A stretch of DNA of 32,000 nucleotides from positions 2,250,001 through 2,282,000 of the forward strand of contig NZ_RSDW01000001.1 in assembly GCF_003945235.1 (NCBI RefSeq). The letters are read 5' to 3'. The DNA comes from Edaphobacter aggregans. GTDB lineage: Bacteria; Acidobacteriota; Terriglobia; Terriglobales; Acidobacteriaceae. The notes beneath the pieces were generated by a model that saw nothing but the letters and a program-made list of their open reading frames with translations, was not told the DNA's origin and did not search any database. A program made the position numbers and the translations under genes. Numbering within the stretch: the first letter of the stretch is position 1; every line of letters begins with the position of its first letter. Positions 17,599 through 25,539 of this stretch are shown here, one piece after another.

Positions 17599-17923
17599 TG
17601 CTGGTCATTCCTTTTTCCAAGGGCCTCGTTCCACGCGGTTCTTTTGGCCCGCTCACTTCAAAGTGTATCCCGACGACCTTCACTCCCGCGATCCGCGCCA
17701 TCTCTCCAACAAGCTGAGCCTTCATACTCATCATCTGACGCAACCACGCTCCGTCCGCGACCTCTACATGAACCAGCCCGTCAGCATACCCTACTACGCT
17801 CCCCCGCTCTGCCAACGCCTTGCCACAGACCACCGGCCACGCCACGGCAAGTCTGTCCTCATCCCGCATCGCGTGCAAGCTTCGCCGTAAGGACCCCTTG
17901 AGCAGATCTCTCATGCCCTGCAT
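17591..17923 (-). CDS. DUF721 (DciA-like) protein
   Basis: ORF 17591..18043 trimmed to ATG 17921-17923 (MQGMRDLLKG...), 5 nt after the GT4 stop. AWPVVCGKALAERGSVVGYADGLVHVEVADGAWLRQM fits the DUF721 pattern (aW..vvG..la..t....l.dG.L.v.v.s.aW). 8-nt overlap with gatC. Confidence 0.7.
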   Translation of the reverse strand: MQGMRDLLKGSLRRSLHAMRDEDRLAVAWPVVCGKALAERGSVVGYADGLVHVEVADGAWLRQMMSMKAQLVGEMARIAGVKVVGIHFEVSGPKEPRGTRPLEKGMTSNE

Positions 17924-17928
17924 TGTCG

Positions 17929-19074
17929 TTACAGGCTTTCCGACATGATAGATGCCATTGCTATTGCTGCTTCCGGCATCTTTGCCAGTACGAATTCCCG
18001 CATTCGCCGTAGAAACACCGGAGTAGCAAATTCTGCTGCCCACGCCTGAATAATTGCCGTATCGAAAACTCCAGCAGCCTCGTTTGCCTCAAACCGTAGA
18101 ATCCCTTCCATCATGGATTCCACAGTCTGCTCTCCAAAATAGATACCGGTCGGTGAAGCCCCTAGCCCGCGTACCGTCTCCAGCGACCCTCCCGCACCGT
18201 ACGCAATTACCGGTCGTCCACAGGCTTGAGCCTCGAGCGGTACCATGCCGAAATCTTCATCAGCCGCAAACAGGAGAGCCCTGCATTCTGCATACTCCTT
18301 CCACAGCGCCTCTGTAGTCATCTCTCCGAGAAACGTTATCCCTGAAGCCTTTGCGATCTTCTTTAAGCGAGCCTCTTCGGGCCCACTCCCCGCGATCCTC
18401 AACGTCCGTCCGAGGCGAGCGCATGCCTCAATCATCAATTCTGTACGCTTATAGCCCACCAGACGTCCAGCACAAAGATAGTGTTGCCCAGGCACTTCGG
18501 CCACTCTGGCTCGATGCAGATCAATCGGCGGATGAATCACCATGCTCTGTCGCCCGTAGAGCCGTTGTATCCGGCTCGCCACATACTCTGAGTTCGCAAC
18601 AAAATAGGTAACCGCTCTGGCCGCCCTCATGTCCCACTGTCTTACCCGGTTCGCGGTTGCAGAAAACAGCGCCCTAGTCACCGGCCCCATCCGAGTCCGG
18701 TAACTCTCATATCCGTCATACAGATACCGCATAGGTGAATGGCAATAACAGATTTGCACCGTCCCCGAATCTACGCGAACCCCCTTAACCGGCCCACTAT
18801 CCGATGAAATCACGAGGTCGAATCCCCGTAGATTTAGGCTTTCAGTTGCCGCAGGATAAAACGGCATCATGTGTCTATGGTAGTTTCTCGCCAATGGAAC
18901 CATCTGCAAAAATGAGGTATGAATTCGACGCGTAAGTAAGCTATCTGGAATTCCGGGAGTGTCCGCCATAAGAGTGAAAATCTCCGCCTGGGGAAACAGC
19001 GAAGCTATGCACTCGGCAACACGCTCTCCGCCACCTCGCGTCACAAACCAATGATGAACGATGGCGACTCGCAC
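17929..19074 (-). CDS. Glycosyltransferase family 4 (GT-B)
   Basis: 381-aa ORF with a GTG start at 19072-19074 and AGGAG 5 nt upstream. N-terminus MRVAIVHHWFVTRGGGERV. C-terminal donor-binding region FAADEDFGMVPLEAQACGRPVIA (EX7E-like). Confidence 0.85.
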   Translation of the reverse strand: MRVAIVHHWFVTRGGGERVAECIASLFPQAEIFTLMADTPGIPDSLLTRRIHTSFLQMVPLARNYHRHMMPFYPAATESLNLRGFDLVISSDSGPVKGVRVDSGTVQICYCHSPMRYLYDGYESYRTRMGPVTRALFSATANRVRQWDMRAARAVTYFVANSEYVASRIQRLYGRQSMVIHPPIDLHRARVAEVPGQHYLCAGRLVGYKRTELMIEACARLGRTLRIAGSGPEEARLKKIAKASGITFLGEMTTEALWKEYAECRALLFAADEDFGMVPLEAQACGRPVIAYGAGGSLETVRGLGASPTGIYFGEQTVESMMEGILRFEANEAAGVFDTAIIQAWAAEFATPVFLRRMREFVLAKMPEAAIAMASIMSESL

Positions 19075-19105
19075 CCATACTCCTAATTCTTTTACAACAC
19101 TTGGT

Positions 19106-19885
19106 TCAAAACGCTCCGTCTTGTTTCAACACAGTCGAGAACGTTTTCAACAGAATCACTCCATCTCTTCCCAAGGTCCACCGGTTGACATAGTCACAAT
19201 CGAGGGCAACACGTGCGTCATAACTGATCTCGCTCCGCCCCGATACCTGCCAAAGTCCTGTCAATCCGGGCTTTACCCGGCAATAGCAATCGAAAAACGT
19301 ACCGTATTTCTCCACCTCAGCCGCCACAATCGGCCGTGGCCCCACAAGACTCATTTGTCCGGTCAACACATTCCATAATTGAGGCAGTTCGTCCAGGCTA
19401 TAGCGACGCAAGAAAGCACCGATAGGAGTGATCCGCGGATCATTTCGTAGTTTATGCGTCTTATTCCACTCCATCCTTGCCTTGGGGTGTTTGGCCAAGT
19501 ACTCCTCCAACACTTCAGCCGAATCGAGGCACATCGTTCGGAACTTCCACATCGAGAAGAATGCTCCATTCTTCCTTATCCGACGATGCGAATAGAGAAT
19601 CGATCCAGGCGAGCTCAACATAACGGTCGCCGCCACGACTCCCAATAGAGGCAACGTCACCGGGGCTGACACTATCACCAACACAATGTCGATGAAGCGC
19701 TTAATTACCCTGTATCGGAAAAGGTCCGACGGTGCACGATCCACCTGCCTGGACTTGAGGACCGGCAGGCTCACCGTTTCTGTATACGAATAAGAATCTT
19801 CAATAATCGCTGTAGGCGACTGGGGAGATTGATATTCACCCTGCATTGAAATCCTGTATCTGTATGACGACCTCCCCAAATCCAT
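19106..19885 (-). CDS. Polyprenyl-phosphate sugar-phosphate transferase (bacterial sugar transferase family, priming enzyme)
   Basis: 259-aa [26 protein letters not shown] (re-entrant helix), [28 protein letters not shown]. The start could instead be M14 (ATG 19844-19846, AGGA 5 nt upstream). Confidence 0.88.
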   Translation of the reverse strand: MDLGRSSYRYRISMQGEYQSPQSPTAIIEDSYSYTETVSLPVLKSRQVDRAPSDLFRYRVIKRFIDIVLVIVSAPVTLPLLGVVAATVMLSSPGSILYSHRRIRKNGAFFSMWKFRTMCLDSAEVLEEYLAKHPKARMEWNKTHKLRNDPRITPIGAFLRRYSLDELPQLWNVLTGQMSLVGPRPIVAAEVEKYGTFFDCYCRVKPGLTGLWQVSGRSEISYDARVALDCDYVNRWTLGRDGVILLKTFSTVLKQDGAF

Positions 19886-20223
19886 ATGGTGACGTCGTCC
19901 ATACGGTTAAGAAACTACAATCTTTTGCGGCGGCTGAATTTGTGATCCTGGAGTCCTTAAGCCGTCAGTGCCGCGCTTCCACTTCCGAAAATGTTGTTCC
20001 CTCTTTGCAATAGTCTCTTCTGTCCTGCCGTCCGCTATTTACATCGACAACCCGGAAAAGGAAGTTCAAGTATTTCATGCCAAAAGCTTATTGGCTTGTT
20101 CAGTCTACTAGGTCAACCTCTTGATGCCGGAAAAAACATTTTGAGGTTCGTTTTTAATTTGCCTTTCCGGGTGCCTTTGCTGTCGGGTTTACCTCTATCC
20201 GCTTTCCTCGCTAAACTGCTTGG

Positions 20224-20796
20224 ATGCAAGTTATAAGTACCTCGCTGCACGACGTCAAACTCCTTGAACCCCGCCGTTTTGGGGATAGTCGCGGTTGGTT
20301 TGCGGAAGTTTTTAATCAGACAACCTTTGCTGCTGCTGGGCTTCCGGACAATTTTGTTCAGGATAATCAGTCTTTCTCTGGAAAAGGCGTCCTTCGAGGG
20401 CTCCATTACCAACTTGGTAAGCCCCAGGGGAAGTTGGTTCGGGTTTTATCTGGCCATATTTGGGATGTAGCGGTGGATTTGAGGCGGGATTCGCCTGATT
20501 TCGGGAAGTGGGCTGGGTTCCATCTGCGACCGCTGAATGAGGCTGGGGAGATGGAGTTGCTCTGGATTCCGGAGGGGTTCGCGCACGGGTTTCTGGTGCT
20601 GTCGGAGACGGCGGAGGTGCTGTACAAGACTACGAATCCCTACTATCCGCAGGGGGAACGCTGCATTCTCTGGGATGACCCTACGCTGAAGATCGACTGG
20701 CCGCTGGGGGAACTGGGCGGTCTGGAGCCTTCGGTTAGTTCGAAGGATGCTGTGGGGGCGCTCTTGACGGAGGCGGATCTGCCTCCGGTGGGCTGA
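20224..20796 (+). CDS. rfbC: dTDP-4-dehydrorhamnose 3,5-epimerase
   Basis: 190-aa ORF. LLEPRRFGDSRGWFAEVFN, LRGLHYQ, KLVRVLSGHIWDVAVDLRRDSPDFGKW and IPEGFAHGF are classical RmlC motifs. Confidence 0.93.
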   Translation: MQVISTSLHDVKLLEPRRFGDSRGWFAEVFNQTTFAAAGLPDNFVQDNQSFSGKGVLRGLHYQLGKPQGKLVRVLSGHIWDVAVDLRRDSPDFGKWAGFHLRPLNEAGEMELLWIPEGFAHGFLVLSETAEVLYKTTNPYYPQGERCILWDDPTLKIDWPLGELGGLEPSVSSKDAVGALLTEADLPPVG

Positions 20797-20998
20797 GGAT
20801 TGCCATATTTTTTTATCTCTGGTAAAGCCCTGTTTTTGTTGAGCTTTCTGGGAAAATTGAGCGTAGGATGTGGTGGTTTATGGACAGCTAGCGGTCAAAA
20901 GCGTGGCAAAGGTGGTAACTGGACGCACGCTTTTCTGGGCCGAGATGGTGTCCGCGCTCTTTTCCACAGCCTTGACAGGGCCGTGTCGGGGAGTACCT

Positions 20999-21439
20999 AT
21001 GGTCGATCTGGGAACAATCGTTCTTGCAGGGTTCGTGGCTGGAGTATTGGATTTAGCCGCTTCGACGACGGTGTTTCTGGCGCAGGGCGTCCCGTTTGAG
21101 CGGCTTCTGCAGGGGATTGCCAGTGGCGCTCTTGGATCTGCCGCTTTCAAGGGCGGTAGGTTTACGGCGGCTTTGGGGTTGGTCCTTCACTTCCTGATCG
21201 CGCTTGTGGTGGCCGCGCTTTACTATGCGGCTAGCCGGAAGTGGGTCGTGCTTATTGAAAGTCCTGTGTTTTATGGGACTTTATATGGGGTTGCGGTTCA
21301 TTTGGTGATGAGCCGGATTGTGGTTCCCCTGTCGCGGGCTCCGAAACGGGAGTTTTCGGCCAAGGCTTTTCTGATTCAGATGGGGATTCATGTCTTGTTT
21401 GTGGGTTTGCCTATTGCTCGGATTGTGAGTCTTTCGTGA
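20999..21439 (+). CDS. Small hypothetical integral membrane protein (about 4 TM segments)
   Basis: ORF 20870..21439 trimmed to ATG 20999-21001 (MVDLGTIVLAGFVAGVLDL...), preceded by GGGGAG 5 nt upstream. Four hydrophobic stretches. No family recognised. Confidence 0.5.
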   Translation: MVDLGTIVLAGFVAGVLDLAASTTVFLAQGVPFERLLQGIASGALGSAAFKGGRFTAALGLVLHFLIALVVAALYYAASRKWVVLIESPVFYGTLYGVAVHLVMSRIVVPLSRAPKREFSAKAFLIQMGIHVLFVGLPIARIVSLS

Positions 21440-21497
21440 TTCCTCTTGTTTCTGTGGCCAAACAGGCGAGAGCCCCTCGTAATCTGGCCGGTATTTC

Positions 21498-21660
21498 GCA
21501 GGGCTAAAGCCCTGCGCTTCCACCAAAAGACGACGGATATGAAGCGGTTCCCCGCCCTGTGCGAGAGGGGCGCGACAACGTACCTCAGCGGCTAAAGCCG
21601 CGCTGAAGCAAATTGCTTACGGTACAGCTGAAGCCGTGCCCTTAAGCAGAACGGCAGAGC
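21498..21660. repeat. Cluster of REP-like palindromic units built around GCTAAAGC / GCTGAAGC cores
   Basis: Read directly. There is a perfect hairpin gcagggc-taaa-gccctgc (21498-21515). The unit gtacctcagcggctaaagc (21580-21598) recurs at 22315-22333. There is a palindrome aagcaa-a-ttgctt (21606-21618), gtacc/ggtac arms at 21580-21584 and 21621-21625, and cagctgaagccgtgccc (21626-21642). Confidence 0.55.
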
Positions 21661-21668
21661 GGATCTTG

Positions 21669-22250
21669 TTAGTAGCTTCTTGAGTCAGCCTTGCTAGCGG
21701 CTTCTTGAGCTAACAGCCATTGCTCTACTTCGGTTAGGGTTTCGATTTTGAGGTAGTTGCCGGTGCAGGTGGAGGGTTCGGTTCCGTGGATGAGGAAGGC
21801 CTGGCGGAGGCCGGCGGCGTTGGCGGCGGCTATGTCGGAGCAGCGGTCTCCTATCATGATGCTGTCTGATAAGGAGATGCCGAACTCGCGTGCGCCGCGG
21901 CGGAGCATGCCTGTGCCGGGTTTTCTGTCCTCGTGCTCGCGTTTGTAGGGGCCTACACCGTGCTCGGGGTGGTAGGGGCAGTGGTAGACCGCGTCGAGCT
22001 CGATGCCTTCGGCTCGGAGGGCTTCGCGAATCCAGTCCATGAGGGTTTGGAAGTCTCCCTCGGTGTAGAAGCCGCGGGCGATTCCGGCCTGGTTGGTTAC
22101 GACGATCAGGCGATAGCCGAGGGAGACTGCTGTTCGGCAGAGAGAGAAGATTCCGGAGACGAAGCGTACTTCTTCAGCGCGGTGGAGGTAGCCGACTTCT
22201 TCGTTGACTACGCCGTCACGGTCGAGGAAGAGGGCACGGGGTTGGTTCAT
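21669..22250 (-). CDS. gmhB: HAD-IIIA phosphatase, D,D-heptose 1,7-bisphosphate phosphatase (GmhB)-like
   Basis: 193-aa ORF. LFLDRDGVVNEE (DxDx nucleophile motif), VVTNQAGIARG, VYHCPYHPEH...DRKPGTGML and IGDRCSDIAAANAAG follow the GmhB/histidinol-phosphatase-like HAD pattern. Confidence 0.75.
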   Translation of the reverse strand: MNQPRALFLDRDGVVNEEVGYLHRAEEVRFVSGIFSLCRTAVSLGYRLIVVTNQAGIARGFYTEGDFQTLMDWIREALRAEGIELDAVYHCPYHPEHGVGPYKREHEDRKPGTGMLRRGAREFGISLSDSIMIGDRCSDIAAANAAGLRQAFLIHGTEPSTCTGNYLKIETLTEVEQWLLAQEAASKADSRSY

Positions 22251-22298
22251 GAGGATATTGTCTCGTGTGTGGGGTTGGGTGGGGTGCTGAAAAGTGGT

Positions 22299-22440
22299 CG
22301 CGACGAAAGAGGATGTACCTCAGCTGCTAAAGCATTTTCGGAGTGAGGTGGCGAGCAAAAAACAGGCAACAGCAAAGACAAAGGCAAAATGCGGGGGTTC
22401 TTCCCCTTCGACTGCGCTCAGGGTCAGAATGACAAACTTC
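22299..22440. repeat. REP-like unit plus an A-rich / GC-hairpin element
   Basis: cgcgac...gtacctcagctgctaaagc (22299-22333) matches 21571-21598 (18/19 in the core). It is followed by caaaaaacaggcaacagcaaagacaaaggcaaaa and then gggggttcttcccc / ctgcgctcagggtcagaatgac. The latter looks to me like a dispersed intergenic repeat type seen in soil-bacterial genomes, which is recollection and not verified. Confidence 0.45.
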
Positions 22441-22468
22441 TTTCAGGTCCTCTACACCATCAGCGAAA

Positions 22469-23392
22469 TTACAGTTCTGCCAATACTTTTTGCAGGGATT
22501 CGTGCCAATTCGGCATGCGCCAGTTGAATCGTTGCTGGAGTTTGGTGCAGTTCAGGCGTGAGTTTGCGGGGCGTTTGGCGGGGAGTGGGTACTCGGTGGC
22601 GGGGATGGCTTCGATCTCTGCGAAGCGTATGCCGGGTTCTCGTTCGCGCTGCTGACGGACGGCCTCGGCGGCGAAGCCGTACCATGTGGTCTCGCCTGCG
22701 CCTGAGATGTGGTAGACGCCGCTGGAATCGACCAGGGGAGCGGTCAGGTTTTGTCCGTTGGCGGCTGCTTCGGCTTGATCGATGACGTGGGCGGTCATTT
22801 GGGCCAGGTCGCGGCTCCATGTGGGAGCGCCGTACTGGTCGCCGATTACGCGCAGGTGCTCGCGTTCGCGGGCGAGTTTCAGGATGGTCAGGAGGAAGTT
22901 TTTGCCGCGTGCTCCGTAGACCCAACTGGTGCGGAAGATCAGATGAGCGGCACCGCTTTGGGCCAGGGTCTGCTCTCCGGCGAGCTTGCTTGCGCCGTAG
23001 ACGCTGACTGGATTGGTGGGATCGGTCTCGACGTAGGGTTTGGTGCCGGTGCCGTCGAAGACGTAGTCGGTGGAGAAGTGGATTACACCCGCGCCGATGG
23101 TGGCGGCTTCTTCGCCGATAACGCGGACAGCGTCGCGGTTGATGGCGTAGGCGAGGTCGGGCTCGGTTTCGGCTTTATCGACCGCGGTGTAGGCTGCGGG
23201 GTTCACGATCCATCGGGGGCGGAGGGTGCGGATGGTGTCGCGGATGGACTGGAGGTTTATGAGGTCGAGGGTGGAGCGCAAGGGAGCGATGACTTCGCCC
23301 AACGGTGACAGGGTATTGAGGAGTTCGCCGCCGACTTGTCCGGTTGCTCCGGTGAGGAGGATGGGGCCTGTGGTTGTTTTTGTGGGAATCAT
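22469..23392 (-). CDS. rfbD: dTDP-4-dehydrorhamnose reductase
   Basis: 307-aa ORF with ATG 23390-23392. ILLTGATGQVGGEL, NPAAYTAVDKAE, STDYVFDG, YGASKLAGE, RTSWVYG are the RmlD hallmarks. Confidence 0.92.
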   Translation of the reverse strand: MIPTKTTTGPILLTGATGQVGGELLNTLSPLGEVIAPLRSTLDLINLQSIRDTIRTLRPRWIVNPAAYTAVDKAETEPDLAYAINRDAVRVIGEEAATIGAGVIHFSTDYVFDGTGTKPYVETDPTNPVSVYGASKLAGEQTLAQSGAAHLIFRTSWVYGARGKNFLLTILKLAREREHLRVIGDQYGAPTWSRDLAQMTAHVIDQAEAAANGQNLTAPLVDSSGVYHISGAGETTWYGFAAEAVRQQREREPGIRFAEIEAIPATEYPLPAKRPANSRLNCTKLQQRFNWRMPNWHESLQKVLAEL

Positions 23393-23408
23393 TCGATGTG
23401 TGCTTTCC

Positions 23409-23450
23409 GCTCTCTATGGTATTTCACATGGGGACAATGCCATAGTGAGC
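23409..23450. promoter_or_regulatory. Imperfect inverted repeat (13/15-nt arms, 12-nt spacer) 17 nt upstream of the rfbD start; candidate operator or 5'-UTR hairpin
   Basis: Arms gctctctatggtatt (23409-23423) and aatgccatagtgagc (23436-23450) were compared by hand. In the mRNA sense the distal arm ends directly before GGAAAG, a possible SD. Function is inferred. Confidence 0.3.
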
Positions 23451-23649
23451 GGAGGTTTTGGTAATGCCAATTTCCGGTTTGCCGACGATACACTCGGAAC
23501 AATTCGACAAGTTGTCGGTGTCTAAGGAAACCGCTTGCTCCGGTGAGGGGAAAATAGGCAAGATAGATGGTCTTCGAAATGGCAGCGGGTCGCCGAATCG
23601 CGATGCAGAAAAGTCTGTCTCAAGCGGTGCGACTTATTGAGGCGGTCAT

Positions 23650-24417
23650 CTAATGAGACGCCGGTGGGTGCGATACCTCACTCTGCGCCTCTCCGTTGCC
23701 TTTCCACCCCAAACCCTCATATTCCAGAAGCTTCGCAGTCTGCTCAGCACGAACGGGTCCAACATAAAGCTTCACGATGTGTAACGCGAGATCGATTCCC
23801 GAACTCAACCCACCCGCCGTGAAGATGACCGCGTCACTCTGAACAAACCGTCTGTTCTTCTCAAGAAGCACATCGGGGAATGCGTTGTGGAACTCATCGT
23901 AGTAGAGATGGTGCGTAGTTGCTGGTTTGCCCTTGAGCAGGCCTGCATCTCCAAGAACATCGGCGCCTGTGCACACCGACATGACGACGTCGCTTTGCAA
24001 TGTCATCTTTCGTATCCAATCGAGCATCTTCGTCGACCTGCCACTTTGTGCAGGAATGACCACGATCGTGGGCGGTGGCGCATCATCGAAGGTGTAATCA
24101 GGCACAATTTGCATGCCCCCGGAGGTCTTCACAGGCTGCCGAGAATCCGAGACCGTATACAGGCTGAACACGAATTGCTCGGCCATCGTCTTGCCACGTT
24201 CCTGAATCAGAACATCCTTGAAGACCTCCCATGGCCCGGCAAAATCGATAGTGACCGCATCAGCGGAGATGACAAACGCAACTGGAATCTTACCCTTTTC
24301 TGGTAGCCGGTACTGCGGAACGTGTGAGGATGTGGAGGGAGCTTGCTGCGCGCCACCGGATGTGGAAACGGTCAAGAACACCAGAAGGCTAAGGATGGCA
24401 CAATTCAATCGATTCAT
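23650..24417 (-). CDS. Secreted DJ-1/PfpI (class I glutamine-amidotransferase-like) family protein
   Basis: 255-aa ORF with GGAG 4 nt upstream of the ATG. N-terminal signal-like MNRLNCAILSLLVFLTVSTSGGAQQ. Nucleophile-elbow motif VMSVCTGADVLGDAGLL, followed by ATTHH. Confidence 0.85.
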   Translation of the reverse strand: MNRLNCAILSLLVFLTVSTSGGAQQAPSTSSHVPQYRLPEKGKIPVAFVISADAVTIDFAGPWEVFKDVLIQERGKTMAEQFVFSLYTVSDSRQPVKTSGGMQIVPDYTFDDAPPPTIVVIPAQSGRSTKMLDWIRKMTLQSDVVMSVCTGADVLGDAGLLKGKPATTHHLYYDEFHNAFPDVLLEKNRRFVQSDAVIFTAGGLSSGIDLALHIVKLYVGPVRAEQTAKLLEYEGLGWKGNGEAQSEVSHPPASH

Positions 24418-24663
24418 GAATCTCCAGTGCAGAATTAATCGGGATTAGCTTAAGCCATGTGGGGAGGCGCACCTTGAACGAGATCCTGCCACCAATCAAG
24501 AAGCAACAGAAGCGATCACGGTGAGTGTCACAAATTGGGCATGGCAGAATCATCTGCCAGACTCCACACCAGAGCTATGCCGTTTACTGCAGCAATCAGT
24601 TCGTCCACTGCATTTCCGACCTGGCGAACTCTCAGGCGAGCAACCGAGACTTCGGTCGAACGC

Positions 24664-25539
24664 TCAGTAGACGGTGTCTTCGAGGATGCGCAGGAGGTAT
24701 TGGCCGTAGGTGCTCTTGGAGATTTTGGCGGCGAGGGCTTTTAGCTGGTCTGCGGTGATGTAGCCGAGGCGGTAGACGATCTCTTCGGGGCAGGCTACTT
24801 TGAGGCCCTGGCGCTTTTCGATGGTGTGGATGAAGGTCGCGGCCTCGAGGAGCGAGTCGTGGGTGCCGGTGTCGAGCCAGGCTATGCCTCGGCCGAGGAC
24901 TTCGGTGCGGAGCTGGCCGCGTTCGAGGTACCAGCGGTTGACGTCGGTGATTTCGAGTTCGCCGCGCGGGGATGGCTTGAGGGATTCGGCGATGCCGACG
25001 ACCTGGGCGTCGTAGAAGTAGATTCCGGTGACGGCGTAGCGGGACTTTGGCTTGGTGGGCTTCTCCTCGATGGAGATGGCGCGGCGTTGGGCGTCGAACT
25101 CGACTACGCCGTAGCGCTCGGGGTCGAGGACGGGATAGGCGAAGACGGTTGCGCCCTGCTTGCTGAGAGCCGCTTGCTGGAGGGTCTTCGCGAGGTCGTG
25201 GCCGTAGAAGATGTTGTCGCCGAGGACGAGGCAGCAGGGTTCTCCGGCGAGGAAGTCTTTGCCGATGAGGAAGGCTTGCGCGAGGCCGTCGGGTGAGGGC
25301 TGGACGGCGTAGTTGAGCGTGATGCCCCACTGTTCGCCGGTGCCGAGGAGTTGCTGGAAGCGCGGGGTGTCTTCGGGGGTGGAGATGATGAGGATCTCGC
25401 GGATGCCGGCCAGCAGCAGGACCGAGAGGGGGTAGTAGATCATCGGCTTGTCGTAGACGGGCAGGAGCTGCTTGCTTACCGCCTGGGTGACTGGATGAAG
25501 CCGGGTGCCGGAGCCGCCTGCGAGGATGATTCCCTTCAT
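24664..25539 (-). CDS. rfbA: Glucose-1-phosphate thymidylyltransferase
   Basis: ORF 24664..25653 trimmed to ATG 25537-25539 ([39 protein letters not shown]...), which overlaps the rfbB stop (ATGA). Canonical RmlA sequence throughout. Confidence 0.95.
   Translation of the reverse strand: MKGIILAGGSGTRLHPVTQAVSKQLLPVYDKPMIYYPLSVLLLAGIREILIISTPEDTPRFQQLLGTGEQWGITLNYAVQPSPDGLAQAFLIGKDFLAGEPCCLVLGDNIFYGHDLAKTLQQAALSKQGATVFAYPVLDPERYGVVEFDAQRRAISIEEKPTKPKSRYAVTGIYFYDAQVVGIAESLKPSPRGELEITDVNRWYLERGQLRTEVLGRGIAWLDTGTHDSLLEAATFIHTIEKRQGLKVACPEEIVYRLGYITADQLKALAAKISKSTYGQYLLRILEDTVY

Noticed and set aside
20115-20160. AACCTC...GAGGTT inverted repeat followed by TTTTTAATTT upstream of rfbC, resembling a plus-strand terminator or attenuator
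   Set aside because: The stem is only 6 bp with a 22-nt loop, and no upstream plus-strand gene exists for it to terminate. The T-run is explained by the generally AT-rich divergent promoter region.
21152-21159. GGCGGTAG, identical to the core of the RfaH ops/JUMPStart element
   Set aside because: It lies inside the membrane-protein CDS rather than in an operon leader. About one occurrence of an 8-mer is expected by chance in 64 kb of two-strand sequence. None is present upstream of the long glycan operons.
22389-22655. 88-aa ORF beginning MRGFFPFDCAQGQNDK
   Set aside because: The N-terminal part is a translation of the REP-like repeat, and the remainder runs antisense into the 3' end of rfbD.
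23458-23640. 60-aa plus-strand ORF in the rfbD/DJ-1 gap. Also 24525..24758 and 24535..24744 in the DJ-1/rfbA gap.
   Set aside because: No SD, no motifs, and minimum-length ORFs in intergenic DNA. The region is better explained as regulatory or leader sequence.
24542-24559. 7-bp hairpin TGGCAGA-atca-TCTGCCA about 105 nt downstream of the rfbA stop, a candidate terminator for rfbBA
   Set aside because: On the transcribed (minus) strand it is followed by TGCCCAATTTG, which is not a real U-tract. The stem is short, so the evidence for an intrinsic terminator is insufficient.
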